DNA of 64,000 nt from Prochlorococcus sp. AG-355-B18 (GCA_003280965.1 QCDI01000005.1:1-64000), one strand, 5' to 3'. Shown: positions 1-9,699, counted from the first letter of the stretch. Notes: a model not told the origin generated them from the letters alone. A program made the numbers and translations.

Positions 1-1262
1 TGAGTTAAGGTGAGAGACTCTGCTGCACTAAGGGTTGCATTGTTAACCGCAACAGATGTTAAACCGCTACCATTACTAAATTGTCCGGCATTAATATTCG
101 TTGCTAAAGTTGATAGAGCAGAAAGAGTACCTGCGGTTATTGTATTGACATTGGTAAGGTCTATATTGGTTGCCGATGAATTTAAGCTATTTAAATCTGA
201 AGCAGATTGTGAGGCAGCGGTGGGCTTAAAGGTGTAGACAGACTCTGCCTTCGCTCCTCCAGAACCATCACGAAAATCTGTAATATTAGAGATAAAGGTT
301 GACATCGCACTGACTGCGCCAGTAATGCTTGTGATTGCATTAGCTTGTCCAGCTGTACCTGTCTTAATATTGAGAGTAGTAGCATCATTTATAGTATTCA
401 TGTTCTCAGCTGATGCAGTATTTGTACCATCAGCAACTGTTATGGTTAATTGATGAACAGTAGTTGGGCCTGCTGCTTGAGGAAGCGTAGCGAAATCGGT
501 GGCGAGAACGGTAGGGGAAGTAGTTGATATCTCAGCGAATAAATAATTGTCAGCAGTAATAGAAGAAATTTTTCCTACGAGAGAAGCTGCTTGAGCAGAT
601 GTTATTGTTCCGGATACAGAAATTTGATCTGAAACTGAACTATTAGGAGTAGCTCCTATATAAGTGTCGACATCTTCGTCATTAAGGTTAACAGTAAGAG
701 TATGATTCCATTCATTTAAAGCGCTTTGAGAAAATGGGATAATGTTGTTTTGAGCATCAGTTATTCCGCTCTCAATACTATATTTTTTTAAGTTCCAATT
801 AGCGCCTAAATTAGAGTGTCCCACAACTGTATCGGAATAAAATATATCAGCGCCTGAAACATTATTGAATGATTTAATAAAATCTAAATCCTGGCCAACA
901 TTACAAGAGAGAATTTTGATACTTGTAATGCTTAATTTATTAAAAATATGCTCATTTTCTTCTATAAAATCTTTATTGATAAGATCATTCCCAATACAGA
1001 TATGACCTGCATACCCGTGGAATAGTAAATTTATATCTTCGAGAGATTCTCCCTCTAGCTTGGTCAAATTATTTAAAAACTCACTTTTTGATTTAACACC
1101 TATCAATTTGTAGTCGGATGAAAGACAACCAAAAAGAGAATCTAAATCCTGAAGATTAGGATCAAAAAACAATATATGTTTCCCCTTAGAATTAAATGAT
1201 TCTAAGGAGTTTGAAAGAATTGGGGATTTGATTGCAATGCCACCAAGAGGTTTAGGCACCAT
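1..1262 (-). CDS. 5' part of a giant secreted surface protein: N-terminal DUF4347-type domain followed by Ser/Thr/Ala/Asn-rich repeats; runs off the left edge
   Basis: Hand translation from ATG 1262 is stop-free to base 1 (MVPKPLGG...ILFFDPNLQD...LLFHGYAG...ILSCNVGQ...VVGHSNLGANWNL...EWNHTL, then SASDLNSLNSSATNIDLTNVNTIT-type repeats). Adjacent to hlyD/hlyB-type genes. Absent from the ORF track, presumably because it is incomplete. Confidence 0.85.
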   Translation of the reverse strand, partial: MVPKPLGGIAIKSPILSNSLESFNSKGKHILFFDPNLQDLDSLFGCLSSDYKLIGVKSKSEFLNNLTKLEGESLEDINLLFHGYAGHICIGNDLINKDFIEENEHIFNKLSITSIKILSCNVGQDLDFIKSFNNVSGADIFYSDTVVGHSNLGANWNLKKYSIESGITDAQNNIIPFSQSALNEWNHTLTVNLNDEDVDTYIGATPNSSVSDQISVSGTITSAQAASLVGKISSITADNYLFAEISTTSPTVLATDFATLPQAAGPTTVHQLTITVADGTNTASAENMNTINDATTLNIKTGTAGQANAITSITGAVSAMSTFISNITDFRDGSGGAKAESVYTFKPTAASQSASDLNSLNSSATNIDLTNVNTITAGTLSALSTLATNINAGQFSNGSGLTSVAVNNATLSAAESLTLT

Positions 1263-1371
1263 ATTCACACACTAATTATGTTTATATTAACATCACTATT
1301 TGGCTGTAGACAAGTATATTTTGATCTATTGACAAAGAATTATACTAGTAATTTCAACGGAAAACTTAAGA

Positions 1372-1408
1372 ATTTGTCATTGTAATAAGGTTTTACAATA
1401 TGACAAAT
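1372..1408. promoter_or_regulatory. Imperfect inverted repeat upstream of the giant-protein gene
   Basis: ATTTGTCATTGTAA...TTACAATATGACAAAT. Confidence 0.3.
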
Positions 1409-1578
1409 AAAAATCTGTCACTATGTATTTCTAAAATTCCAATTGCAAAAATTTATAAATAAATTTTTCATACAGAATGTAGATTTCTACTTACGTCTCA
1501 AAAATTATTTATTGATATTTTTTTAAAATAATTTATAAAAATATTAATAAATTGATATTTCAAAAGAATCAAAAAAAT

Positions 1579-2931
1579 TTAAAAACTTTTTAAAGAATCA
1601 ATTTTTTGTGTAAGTCCACCTAATAATAACTTTAGGTAGCTAACTTTTCTCAATTTAATATTAGCTTGAAGAGACATTCCAACCTGAAGTGCAAGAGATT
1701 CTCCATTACTTAAGTTTAATTTTTGTTCGTCAAGCTGTACTACAGCAGGGAATCTATATTCTGGTCTTTGTTCAATTTGAGAAGGGACTAATGCATCAGA
1801 ACCAATTGATTTAATTGTTCCATTTAAGACTCCAAAATCTGTAGAGGGGAAGGAATCAATACTTATTTCTACAGGAGCTCCAACTTTGACAAATCCTATT
1901 TTATTACTTGGAATTTCAATATCAGCTTCCAAATCATCAAAAGGAACAATTTTCATAATCGGCTCACTGGATTGAGCAACGTATCCTTCTGTAGTGGGTT
2001 TTAAATCAAAAACAATCCCGCTAACAGGAGACTCAATTGATTGATATTTTAGAGTCACTTTTGCACTCGTTAATTCAGAATTTAATGAGCCAATCTCAGT
2101 TCTCATCCTAGCCTCTTCAGATTCAAGCTTTTCAATATCCTGTGATATTACATTTGTTGCTTTATCCTTCTCAATATTTAATCTTGATAATTCACTTTTC
2201 AATTCATTAAGTTCCATTTTCTTTTCGATGTATTGCAATTTTGAGATGGCACCTTGTTCATATAGAAATTTAATGTCTTTAAGAATTGGAGAATTTATCT
2301 TTATTTTTTCAGATGTATTGCTAATTAATTCATCAATAATTTCTGACTCCTGCAAAAGTTCAGCCTTTTTTAATTTTAGAATTGAGGCTATTTTTTCTAA
2401 TTGAAATTGTTTTTCAAAAATTGCAATTTCCAGAGATCTAAATTTTTCGAATGAAGCCTCTTTATCTAATTGAACCAAGATTTGACCACTTTCTACATTT
2501 TCTCCAGATTTAACTAAGATTTCATCAATAACACCTCCTAAAGGAATTTGTATGTCTTTAACATCTCCTTTTGGGTCAAGCTTTCCAGTTGTCATTACCA
2601 CTTCATCAGTTTTAGCGAAACACAGCCAGAGGAATGCAAAAGATGATGTTCCAATTAGAGCCCAAGTTACAGATTTGAACCAAAAACTGCTTTGTTTTAA
2701 CAGTGATTCATCGAAAGATATTTTCTTAAAGCTAACTTCTACCTTATCTTGTAGTTTATTAAATTGATCTTGGCTTAACTCCAAATACTCTTTAAAAGAC
2801 TTTTCTTTAAGGAATTTAAGAGTCTTTAATTTTTGATTTAATTTAAATTTAACTTTTCTTATTTTGTATAAATTATCTTGAGAGAGAAATTTCTTGATTT
2901 TATTCAGATTCAAATTAATTTTGTCTTTCAT
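1579..2931 (-). CDS. HlyD-family type I secretion membrane fusion protein
   Basis: Single TM segment, GKLDPKGDVKDIQIPLGGVIDEILVKSGE, coiled coil, IESPVSGIVFDL, LQVGMSLQANIKLR. Confidence 0.92.
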   Translation of the reverse strand: MKDKINLNLNKIKKFLSQDNLYKIRKVKFKLNQKLKTLKFLKEKSFKEYLELSQDQFNKLQDKVEVSFKKISFDESLLKQSSFWFKSVTWALIGTSSFAFLWLCFAKTDEVVMTTGKLDPKGDVKDIQIPLGGVIDEILVKSGENVESGQILVQLDKEASFEKFRSLEIAIFEKQFQLEKIASILKLKKAELLQESEIIDELISNTSEKIKINSPILKDIKFLYEQGAISKLQYIEKKMELNELKSELSRLNIEKDKATNVISQDIEKLESEEARMRTEIGSLNSELTSAKVTLKYQSIESPVSGIVFDLKPTTEGYVAQSSEPIMKIVPFDDLEADIEIPSNKIGFVKVGAPVEISIDSFPSTDFGVLNGTIKSIGSDALVPSQIEQRPEYRFPAVVQLDEQKLNLSNGESLALQVGMSLQANIKLRKVSYLKLLLGGLTQKIDSLKSF

Positions 2932-5855
2932 TAAATATTCCCTTTTTGACTTTCAAGTGCAAAATATCTTCCTTTATTTTTTATTAATTGATCATGAGAT
3001 CCAATTTCATCCAACTTACCTTCGTGCATAACCAGAATTAAATCAGAATTTCTTATTGTTGATAATCTATGAGTAATGAAGAAAACTGTATTTTCTTCCA
3101 AATTTTTAATCAAGTTATTACAGACTTTAGATTCTGTATTGTAGTCCAATGCACTGGTTGCCTCATCTAAAATAAGAATTTTTGGTTTACTCAGTAGAGT
3201 TCTAGCAAGTGCTATTCTTTGTCTCTGTCCACCACTAAGAGAAGATCCTCTTTCCCCAACATTAGTACTATAACCATTGGGTAGTTTCATTATAAAATCA
3301 TGAGCCTCTGCTAATTTAGCGGCTCTTACAATATCATCATTATTAGCTTCAGCTTGAGTAAGGGAAATATTGTCAAGAACTGTGCCTGAAAATAAAATTG
3401 GTTCTTGCGGTACTATACCAATTTGCCTTCGAAGAGAATATAGTTCGACCTTATCAATATCATATCCATCAATCTTAATACACCCTTGGCTCGGAGAATA
3501 TAATCTTGAAAGTAATTTCATTAGTGTACTCTTACCACTGCCGCTTTCTCCCACAATTCCAACGAATTGGCCTTTCTCGATAGTAAAACTAACGCTATTA
3601 AGTACGTTAGAATTATTTTTAGTAAAAGTAAAAATTACATCTTCAAAAGAAACATTCCCCTTAACAGGAGGCATTGTTATTTTCTTCTTATCTAATTCAG
3701 TTGACTCTTGTGGGGTATCAATAACATCTCCAAGCCTTTCAAAACTGACCTTAAGTTCTTGTATATTTTGCCATATAGAAGAAAGTCTCAATAAAGGCTG
3801 TGTCACATAACTAGAAATTATTCTAAATGCAATTAGTTGTCCCAAAGTCAATTGTCCTTTCAATACCAAAGTTGCCCCTATCCATAAAACAAGTAATTGA
3901 GATATTTTTTGGAGTACTTGACTTAATTGACCAATAAGAGTTCCACTTATAGTTCTTTCAAAAGTTCGTGTGATATATTTTGAATATAATTGTTGCCATT
4001 TCCACCTACTAATTGTCTCAATATTTTGAGATTTAACAGTTTGTATGGAAGTAATTACTTCTACCAAATGACTTTTGGTTTTGGCATTTTCTTCTGCAGT
4101 TTGTCTATATTGCCTTCTAAAAAGAGGTGCTCCTAATAAAGTTATAAATATCTGAATTGGTACCACTAATAAAGCAACAATTGTCAGTAAAGAGCTATAA
4201 ATGAACATTACAAGAATGTAAATTACAGAAAAAATCGCATCTAAAATAGTTGTTAAAGTCTGTCCAGTAAGGAATTCTCTTATCTTTTCTAGTTCATCAA
4301 TCCTTGATCCCAATTCTCCAACTGGCCTTTTATCAAAATAATTAAGAGGCAATCTTAAAAGGTGATCAATTACCTCAGAACCTAAACGCTGATCTATTCT
4401 GTTAGTTGTTTCTGCGAATAAGAATGTTTTTAAACTCCCCAATATCCCTTCTAATAAAGTAACGAAAAGTAGTGCAATTCCTAAGACTTGAAGAGTGTCT
4501 AAACTTCTTTGGGAAATTACTTTATCGATAATAACCTGAATTAAAAGAGGATTACCTAAAGTAAATAATTGAACTATAAAACTAGCAACTAAAACTTGAA
4601 CCAAAACAAGCTTGTATTTTTTAATTGCAGACCAAAACCAATTTAGACTAAAGACAACTTGAGGCGTCTCTGTTGTCTTTTCAATTAATAAAATCGATAT
4701 CCCTTCTTCGAAGAAAGACTCAATTTTTTCACTAGAAACGCTTATAAAGCCATCAACTGGTGAAGCAATTAAAATTCCCTCTTGGCTACTTTTTATAATT
4801 AAAGCAAAGCTATTTTTCCATTTAATTACACATGGTGTTTGGAGCCTGAATGCCATATTAGAGGGTATCTGCCCCTTGGAAACATGTAATCCAAGATTGG
4901 AAAGAATTTCAGCTATTAATTGAATATCAATTTTTGCACCTCTCGAAATAAAATCTCTTAAGATCTTTTCGATCGAGTCTTTTCTAATTGGAACATTAAG
5001 TATTTTCGAAATCATTTGAAAACAAGCTAATGTTTCTCTTAGTTTTCCATTTCCCTTCACTAATATATTTTCAGGGATTTCTAAATTGTTAAAAATACTA
5101 ACTGGCGCATTTTGAGGAGCATTTTTTATGTCTTTTTTCCCCTCATTATTACCATTAGAAATTAAGAATTCATTATTGTTATTTAATTCATTTATCAATA
5201 AATTATCAAAGAAATTTCGTTCTATACTAAGAAATCGATTACTAAGAAAGTTTTTTGAGTTCTTTAGATTCAAATACTCTGAAAAAGTCTTGACTTCTTT
5301 AAAATTTTGAGAAATTAGACTTGAGGATGTAGAGCTTGAGAAAATCTTAATGTTTTTACCTTTTAATAACTTTTTAATTTCATCATCATTTTTATTTAAA
5401 CAAGAGGCTTTTTTTTCTAGTATTTGAATTAATTCATGAATTTTAAATTTAATATTTGGAACTTCATTTATGACAAATTCTGCAAATTCAATAATTTCAG
5501 CAAGATAATTAATTGAATCAAAATAATTTTTAAACTTTGGATCAATTTCATAATATTTTTTAAATGTTTTATCACTAATCGAAATGACAATTAATTCTGA
5601 TGAAGACCTGACATTTTCACAGGCTTTCTGTTTCAAAATTGAAAAAGCGCCAACAACATCGCCAACTGAAATTTTTTTAACTGCCTTAGGTTGTTCATTA
5701 TCTTCAACAATAATTCTTGCTGTACCTTTTTCAATTAATAGAACTGATCCAGAGATATATTTATCACTTGATATTGATTGCCCAACTTTATATTTAACTT
5801 TTTCTCCATACTTTAAGAAAATTTCCTTAATATAGGTTTTTAAAGATTCCTTCAT
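2931..5855 (-). CDS. HlyB-family T1SS ABC transporter (cNMP-like domain, C39-like domain, TMD, ATPase)
   Basis: Walker A GESGSGKST, signature LSGGQRQR, Walker B LILDEATSALD; LLIQVIIDKVISQRSLDTL transmembrane region. Confidence 0.93.
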   Translation of the reverse strand: MKESLKTYIKEIFLKYGEKVKYKVGQSISSDKYISGSVLLIEKGTARIIVEDNEQPKAVKKISVGDVVGAFSILKQKACENVRSSSELIVISISDKTFKKYYEIDPKFKNYFDSINYLAEIIEFAEFVINEVPNIKFKIHELIQILEKKASCLNKNDDEIKKLLKGKNIKIFSSSTSSSLISQNFKEVKTFSEYLNLKNSKNFLSNRFLSIERNFFDNLLINELNNNNEFLISNGNNEGKKDIKNAPQNAPVSIFNNLEIPENILVKGNGKLRETLACFQMISKILNVPIRKDSIEKILRDFISRGAKIDIQLIAEILSNLGLHVSKGQIPSNMAFRLQTPCVIKWKNSFALIIKSSQEGILIASPVDGFISVSSEKIESFFEEGISILLIEKTTETPQVVFSLNWFWSAIKKYKLVLVQVLVASFIVQLFTLGNPLLIQVIIDKVISQRSLDTLQVLGIALLFVTLLEGILGSLKTFLFAETTNRIDQRLGSEVIDHLLRLPLNYFDKRPVGELGSRIDELEKIREFLTGQTLTTILDAIFSVIYILVMFIYSSLLTIVALLVVPIQIFITLLGAPLFRRQYRQTAEENAKTKSHLVEVITSIQTVKSQNIETISRWKWQQLYSKYITRTFERTISGTLIGQLSQVLQKISQLLVLWIGATLVLKGQLTLGQLIAFRIISSYVTQPLLRLSSIWQNIQELKVSFERLGDVIDTPQESTELDKKKITMPPVKGNVSFEDVIFTFTKNNSNVLNSVSFTIEKGQFVGIVGESGSGKSTLMKLLSRLYSPSQGCIKIDGYDIDKVELYSLRRQIGIVPQEPILFSGTVLDNISLTQAEANNDDIVRAAKLAEAHDFIMKLPNGYSTNVGERGSSLSGGQRQRIALARTLLSKPKILILDEATSALDYNTESKVCNNLIKNLEENTVFFITHRLSTIRNSDLILVMHEGKLDEIGSHDQLIKNKGRYFALESQKGNI

Positions 5856-5875
5856 GAAATAAAAATATGGGAAAT

Positions 5876-6619
5876 TCAGTTAGGTAAAAGAAATTTTTGA
5901 ATAGAATCGACCGCAAGCAAGTTAATCCATTCGTCAAATAAAGATAGCACCATTTTTGTTTTGGTTAACTCATCAAACTTAGCTTCTTTTTTTGCTTCTA
6001 ACATTATCAATAACCAAATATCTCCAACTTTAAAGGGAGCAATAACTTTATTCAAATTTATTTTCAATATTTTCTCCTTAACGGTAAGATTAATCTTAGC
6101 TAAATCTAACGGTCCAACGGTACCATAAGATTTTACATTTCCAATAGCTTTCAAGTTTTCGGAAAATAATTTATCAAAGGAAGTTTCACCAGAATCCAAT
6201 TGAAAAAAGATCTCATAAGCAAAATCAGAATCAAAAAATTCTATATATTTATAGGTATACATATCCAATAGATTTTTATTTTTTATAAAGTTACTTTTTG
6301 CTTTTTCAGCAAATATATCTCCTGCAATAATTAAAACCTTCTTACTATTTAATAAATTTCTTTCATGATCATTCATTAGCATGCCCTTTAGTTTAAGATA
6401 TTTTGATAATTGAGATTCATCTTTAATTTTGTTATTTTTGCAAAATTGTTTATTTGATTCTTTAAAACTAAATTCTATATCTCCTTTCCTTTCGCATAAG
6501 ATATTAATTATGAATTTTTTAACAAAGTGAACAAGAGAGTCATTTTCTCTAAGACAAATAATAAAAAGATCTGGCAAAGATTTTAATCTTAAATTTATAT
6601 CTTCTAAGAGATCATTCAT
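5876..6619 (-). CDS. Divergent PPIC/parvulin-like protein of the kind found with cyanobacterial T1SS loci
   Basis: AYEIFFQLDSGETSFDKL, GTVGPLDL, IAPFKVGDIWLLIMLE, LFDEWI; immediately upstream of the HlyB-type gene. Confidence 0.6.
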   Translation of the reverse strand: MNDLLEDINLRLKSLPDLFIICLRENDSLVHFVKKFIINILCERKGDIEFSFKESNKQFCKNNKIKDESQLSKYLKLKGMLMNDHERNLLNSKKVLIIAGDIFAEKAKSNFIKNKNLLDMYTYKYIEFFDSDFAYEIFFQLDSGETSFDKLFSENLKAIGNVKSYGTVGPLDLAKINLTVKEKILKINLNKVIAPFKVGDIWLLIMLEAKKEAKFDELTKTKMVLSLFDEWINLLAVDSIQKFLLPN

Positions 6620-6855
6620 TATTTTTAGAGTTAACTGAAAAAGTTAAACAATATCAAACTAATACTAACTAATAATTAACTTATATAAATTGGTAGATTA
6701 ATTTTCTGAATTAATTGAATAAGAATGATTTTTTAAAGATTTTAAAAGTGAATTATTTACGTGTTAATATTTTCTGCATTTGCGAACAATGCTAAAGTTC
6801 TTATGAAATTAATTGGTTTAGAAGTAAAAATAAAAAGTTATTGATCTAACTCTAT

Positions 6856-7017
6856 TTAAAAATCTCTTTCTTCATTAAACCCAAAAACAGCATATTGCTC
6901 TGTTGCCCCGCTTAAATCAGATCCATATGCTGCCTGCATGTCACTATAAGCAGAAATATATTTTGAAGCATTAAAAGAACTAATATTTATACCTTCTGAA
7001 TGACCAAACTCCACCAT
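6856..7017 (-). pseudogene. C-terminal remnant (53 aa) of an RTX-like secreted protein repeat
   Basis: MVEFGHSEGINISSFNASKYISAYSDMQAAYGSDLSGATEQYAVFGFNEERDF resembles the FxxxxYxxxYxDLxxAFGxDxxxATxHYxxxGxxEGR repeat. Confidence 0.55.
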
Positions 7018-7075
7018 TACCAACTTGGCTTTTTAAGTAGGTACGGAATTGCTTTAGAACAGAGCCAGAAAGCAT
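6980..7075 (-). pseudogene. Putative N-terminal stub of a tyrosine integrase pointing away from the tRNA 5' end
   Basis: MLSGSVLKQFRTYLKSQVGNG...; its upstream ~130 bp is homologous to the leader of the integrase remnant at 9984. Confidence 0.4.
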
Positions 7076-7210
7076 GCTACAACTTGTAAATCTCTAGGTG
7101 CATTTTAAGGCGCAGATTTCAATAATCAAACGCTATAAAGTACTATAGGAATTACGGACGTCGCAAAAGAAATCTTTAAATTGATTGATATGACTGACGT
7201 TTTTAGATTT

Positions 7211-7283
7211 GGGGCCATAGCTCAGCTGGTAGAGCACCTGCATGGCATGCAGGGGGTCAGCGGTTCGAGTCCGCTTGGCTCCA
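7211..7283 (+). tRNA. tRNA-Ala (GGC)
   Basis: GGGGCCATAGCTCAGCTGGTAGAGCACCTGCATGGCATGCAGGGGGTCAGCGGTTCGAGTCCGCTTGGCTCCA; anticodon arm CCTGC-ATGGCAT-GCAGG. Confidence 0.97.
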
Positions 7284-7322
7284 TTAGGTTTTAGGGATTT
7301 GAGGATAATAATTTAATACAAT

Positions 7323-7343
7323 TAGTGCAAAATCTAGTGCAAA
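7323..7343 (+). repeat. Direct repeat TAGTGCAAA x2 with 12-bp period; candidate integrase arm-type site
   Basis: TAGTGCAAAATCTAGTGCAAA, 40 bp after the tRNA. Confidence 0.45.
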
Positions 7344-7446
7344 TTAAAATGTAATTAGAAGAGTATCAATTGAAGAGAATAGCTCTAGAGATTAAATATC
7401 CAAGTGTTCATTGTTTTTATGAGATCATGAAGTTTAATACATTTAT

Positions 7447-8526
7447 TTAATATCCAAATTTTTTATTTAGCTCTAATAAATTTTCTTTTTTTAAAAATGT
7501 AAGTATTAATTCTTCGAGAATTATTTGATCATCTTTCTCAAACGATTGGGAATTAGTTCTTAGAGTTGAAGTTTTTTTAAATAAATTATTTTTAATTGAA
7601 CCTAATAAATTATCTGTAAAAAGATTGTCATTAAATGAACTATTAATTTTTTTTGATTCAATCTCATTAATATTCAAATTAATCACATCTTCATACCTTA
7701 AAGTAATGCAATCTTCTTTATTTTCATAAAAAATATTTAACTGGTTTTTTATATGTTTTATGTCATTCGCATAGTTTAATGTAAATTGTGTAAACATATC
7801 AGTTAAATTTATTTCATTTCTCCAGTTTGGGAAATTTTCTGAACCATCAAAATTTGTACCAACCTTAAAATACTTGAATTGAAAAAGTGACTTAATAATT
7901 GATTTCATATCTCTAACTACGTTTATAAGAACTATGTTTTGTGATTTAATATTGTCCAATTCATCAAAATGAGAGACGCTTACCGATTGCTTAGGGAGCT
8001 TATTTATTACCAATTCGGTGGGTAAGAATGATCTTCTTCGCCATGGTTCGAAATGTATCCCTTTTTCATCCTTAAAATTTCTATTATCGTCTACATGTCC
8101 ATTTCCAAAATGAAGATCTGTAGGGGTGAAACTCATTTCCTTAAAACAATTTCTCAACAGATATGTACCTGATTTAGGTACGGAATTAATTAATACAGGT
8201 GAAAATTTTGAATTATTATTGATTTTTAATGACTTAAAACAAAATTTTTCAACCAAGTAGAGCAATATATAATTTGAATTTAAGGGGTTGCCGACTAAAA
8301 TCAAAGGGTTAGTAGAAATAATTTTAAAAATTGAAGAAACTTCATTTTTATTATTTAAAAAACAAAGTTTATTATCTTTAACCTCCCATTTTTTTTCATT
8401 ATAGTGTTGATACCCTTTTACACTATTATCATTTTCTAAAATTAAATCAGAAAAATTGGGTCCATTGAAATCTCCATAGGTAAAAATGTAATTTGATAAA
8501 TCAATTTGATTGTCCAAAAAAAACAT
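7447..8526 (-). CDS. Sulfotransferase-domain protein with an uncharacterised N-terminal domain
   Basis: 5'-PSB-like INSVPKSGTYLL, 3'-PB-like VVRDMKSIIKSLF, LRYEDV. Confidence 0.7.
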   Translation of the reverse strand: MFFLDNQIDLSNYIFTYGDFNGPNFSDLILENDNSVKGYQHYNEKKWEVKDNKLCFLNNKNEVSSIFKIISTNPLILVGNPLNSNYILLYLVEKFCFKSLKINNNSKFSPVLINSVPKSGTYLLRNCFKEMSFTPTDLHFGNGHVDDNRNFKDEKGIHFEPWRRRSFLPTELVINKLPKQSVSVSHFDELDNIKSQNIVLINVVRDMKSIIKSLFQFKYFKVGTNFDGSENFPNWRNEINLTDMFTQFTLNYANDIKHIKNQLNIFYENKEDCITLRYEDVINLNINEIESKKINSSFNDNLFTDNLLGSIKNNLFKKTSTLRTNSQSFEKDDQIILEELILTFLKKENLLELNKKFGY

Positions 8527-8772
8527 CTTTAATCTTTGATGAAATCCAAAATCTAGAAATAGTACTTTCTAAATATGTTATTTTATTTGATTCGAATTTT
8601 ATTCAAAATTAAAAATTTTTTGATTTTAGATAAATACGAAGGCAACAAATAGATTCTACAATAAAAGATAATAATTTTTTAAGGTATTTTTTATAACGCT
8701 AATTCCGTGAGAAATTCTGCGAGCTAATCAGCGAAAACAGTTCAAAACCTATCACAGATAGATCAATGATCA

Positions 8773-8817
8773 GCATTGCATTAAGGGGTTAAACAGTTCG
8801 ATTCCAATCGGCTCCAT
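8773..8817 (+). repeat. Degenerate copy of the tRNA-Ala 3' half (att-like remnant 1)
   Basis: GCATTGCATTAAGGGGTTAAACAGTTCGATTCCAATCGGCTCCAT vs 7240-7284: 34/45 identical, ungapped, counted by hand. Confidence 0.75.
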
Positions 8818-9040
8818 GACGATTTTCGCTAGATATTACGAAAGTATGTACAAGAATCCTTAAATATAGGATAGGGATATTAATGTATAAACACTAGCAA
8901 TTATGTTTCTCTTAGAAGATTGGTAACTCAATTAATTTAAATTGAACTAATGTTTTTAAATCGTTGATATTTCCAAATATATACTATTGTAATTATTTTT
9001 TTAACAGAAGAATTAAAATTAAAAAAAATTCTGATTTTAT

Positions 9041-9699
9041 ATGAATTTAAAAAAATCTGATAAGTTTTTATTATTAATTTTATCTATTGATATTCTATTT
9101 ATTTTATTAAGCCTTATTGATTATTTTTCTGATTTTAACTTTAGAGATTTTAATGTAGCTATTGAAAATCAATTTGCTGAGCAATTCCAATATTTAAAAT
9201 TTATTGGAATAGCAATCATAAGTTTTCTTCTTGCAATAAAAAAAGATCTTCTCAATTCATAGTTTTTATGATTATTCCTATATATCTTTATTGGGATGAT
9301 TCAAGACAATTGCATGAAAGATTAGGCACTGAAATAGCATCTTTTCTCTATGATGGTAACCCTAACGATACCTTAATTAGGGAATTTCGATATCAAGATA
9401 TTGGAGAAATTCTATATATGTCCATAATTGGATTTATTCTTCTATTTACGTTCCTCATTTGCTATAGATTATCCAATTCCTTTGATAGATATTTTCTAAA
9501 AAATATATTAAAACTATTTATTGTTTATGGAATTTTCGCTTTATTTGTAGATTCTATACATCAGTTATCCGAGGGATTTATGTGGTATTTACTAGCAGTA
9601 TATGAAGATGGTGGAGAAATGATCCCTATAAGTTTTATAACTGCATATTTTTTTGAATATCTAATTTGCAATAAAAAAAATATGAAATTTAAATTTTAA
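9041..9699 (+). pseudogene. Multi-pass membrane protein split by a 1-nt frameshift in an A7 run (~219 aa if fused)
   Basis: ORFs 9041-9262 and 9268-9699 join if A7 (9238-9244) is read as A8: ...AIKKRSSQFIVFMIIP... Confidence 0.7.

Noticed and set aside
10..388. ORF-track entries 10-237 (+) and 191-388 (-)
   Set aside because: Antisense or off-frame shadows of the long minus-strand frame 1-1262.
2931..5855. Bacteriocin/prochlorosin-type peptidase exporter
   Set aside because: C39 catalytic Cys/His appear absent, and there is no precursor peptide or LanM nearby.
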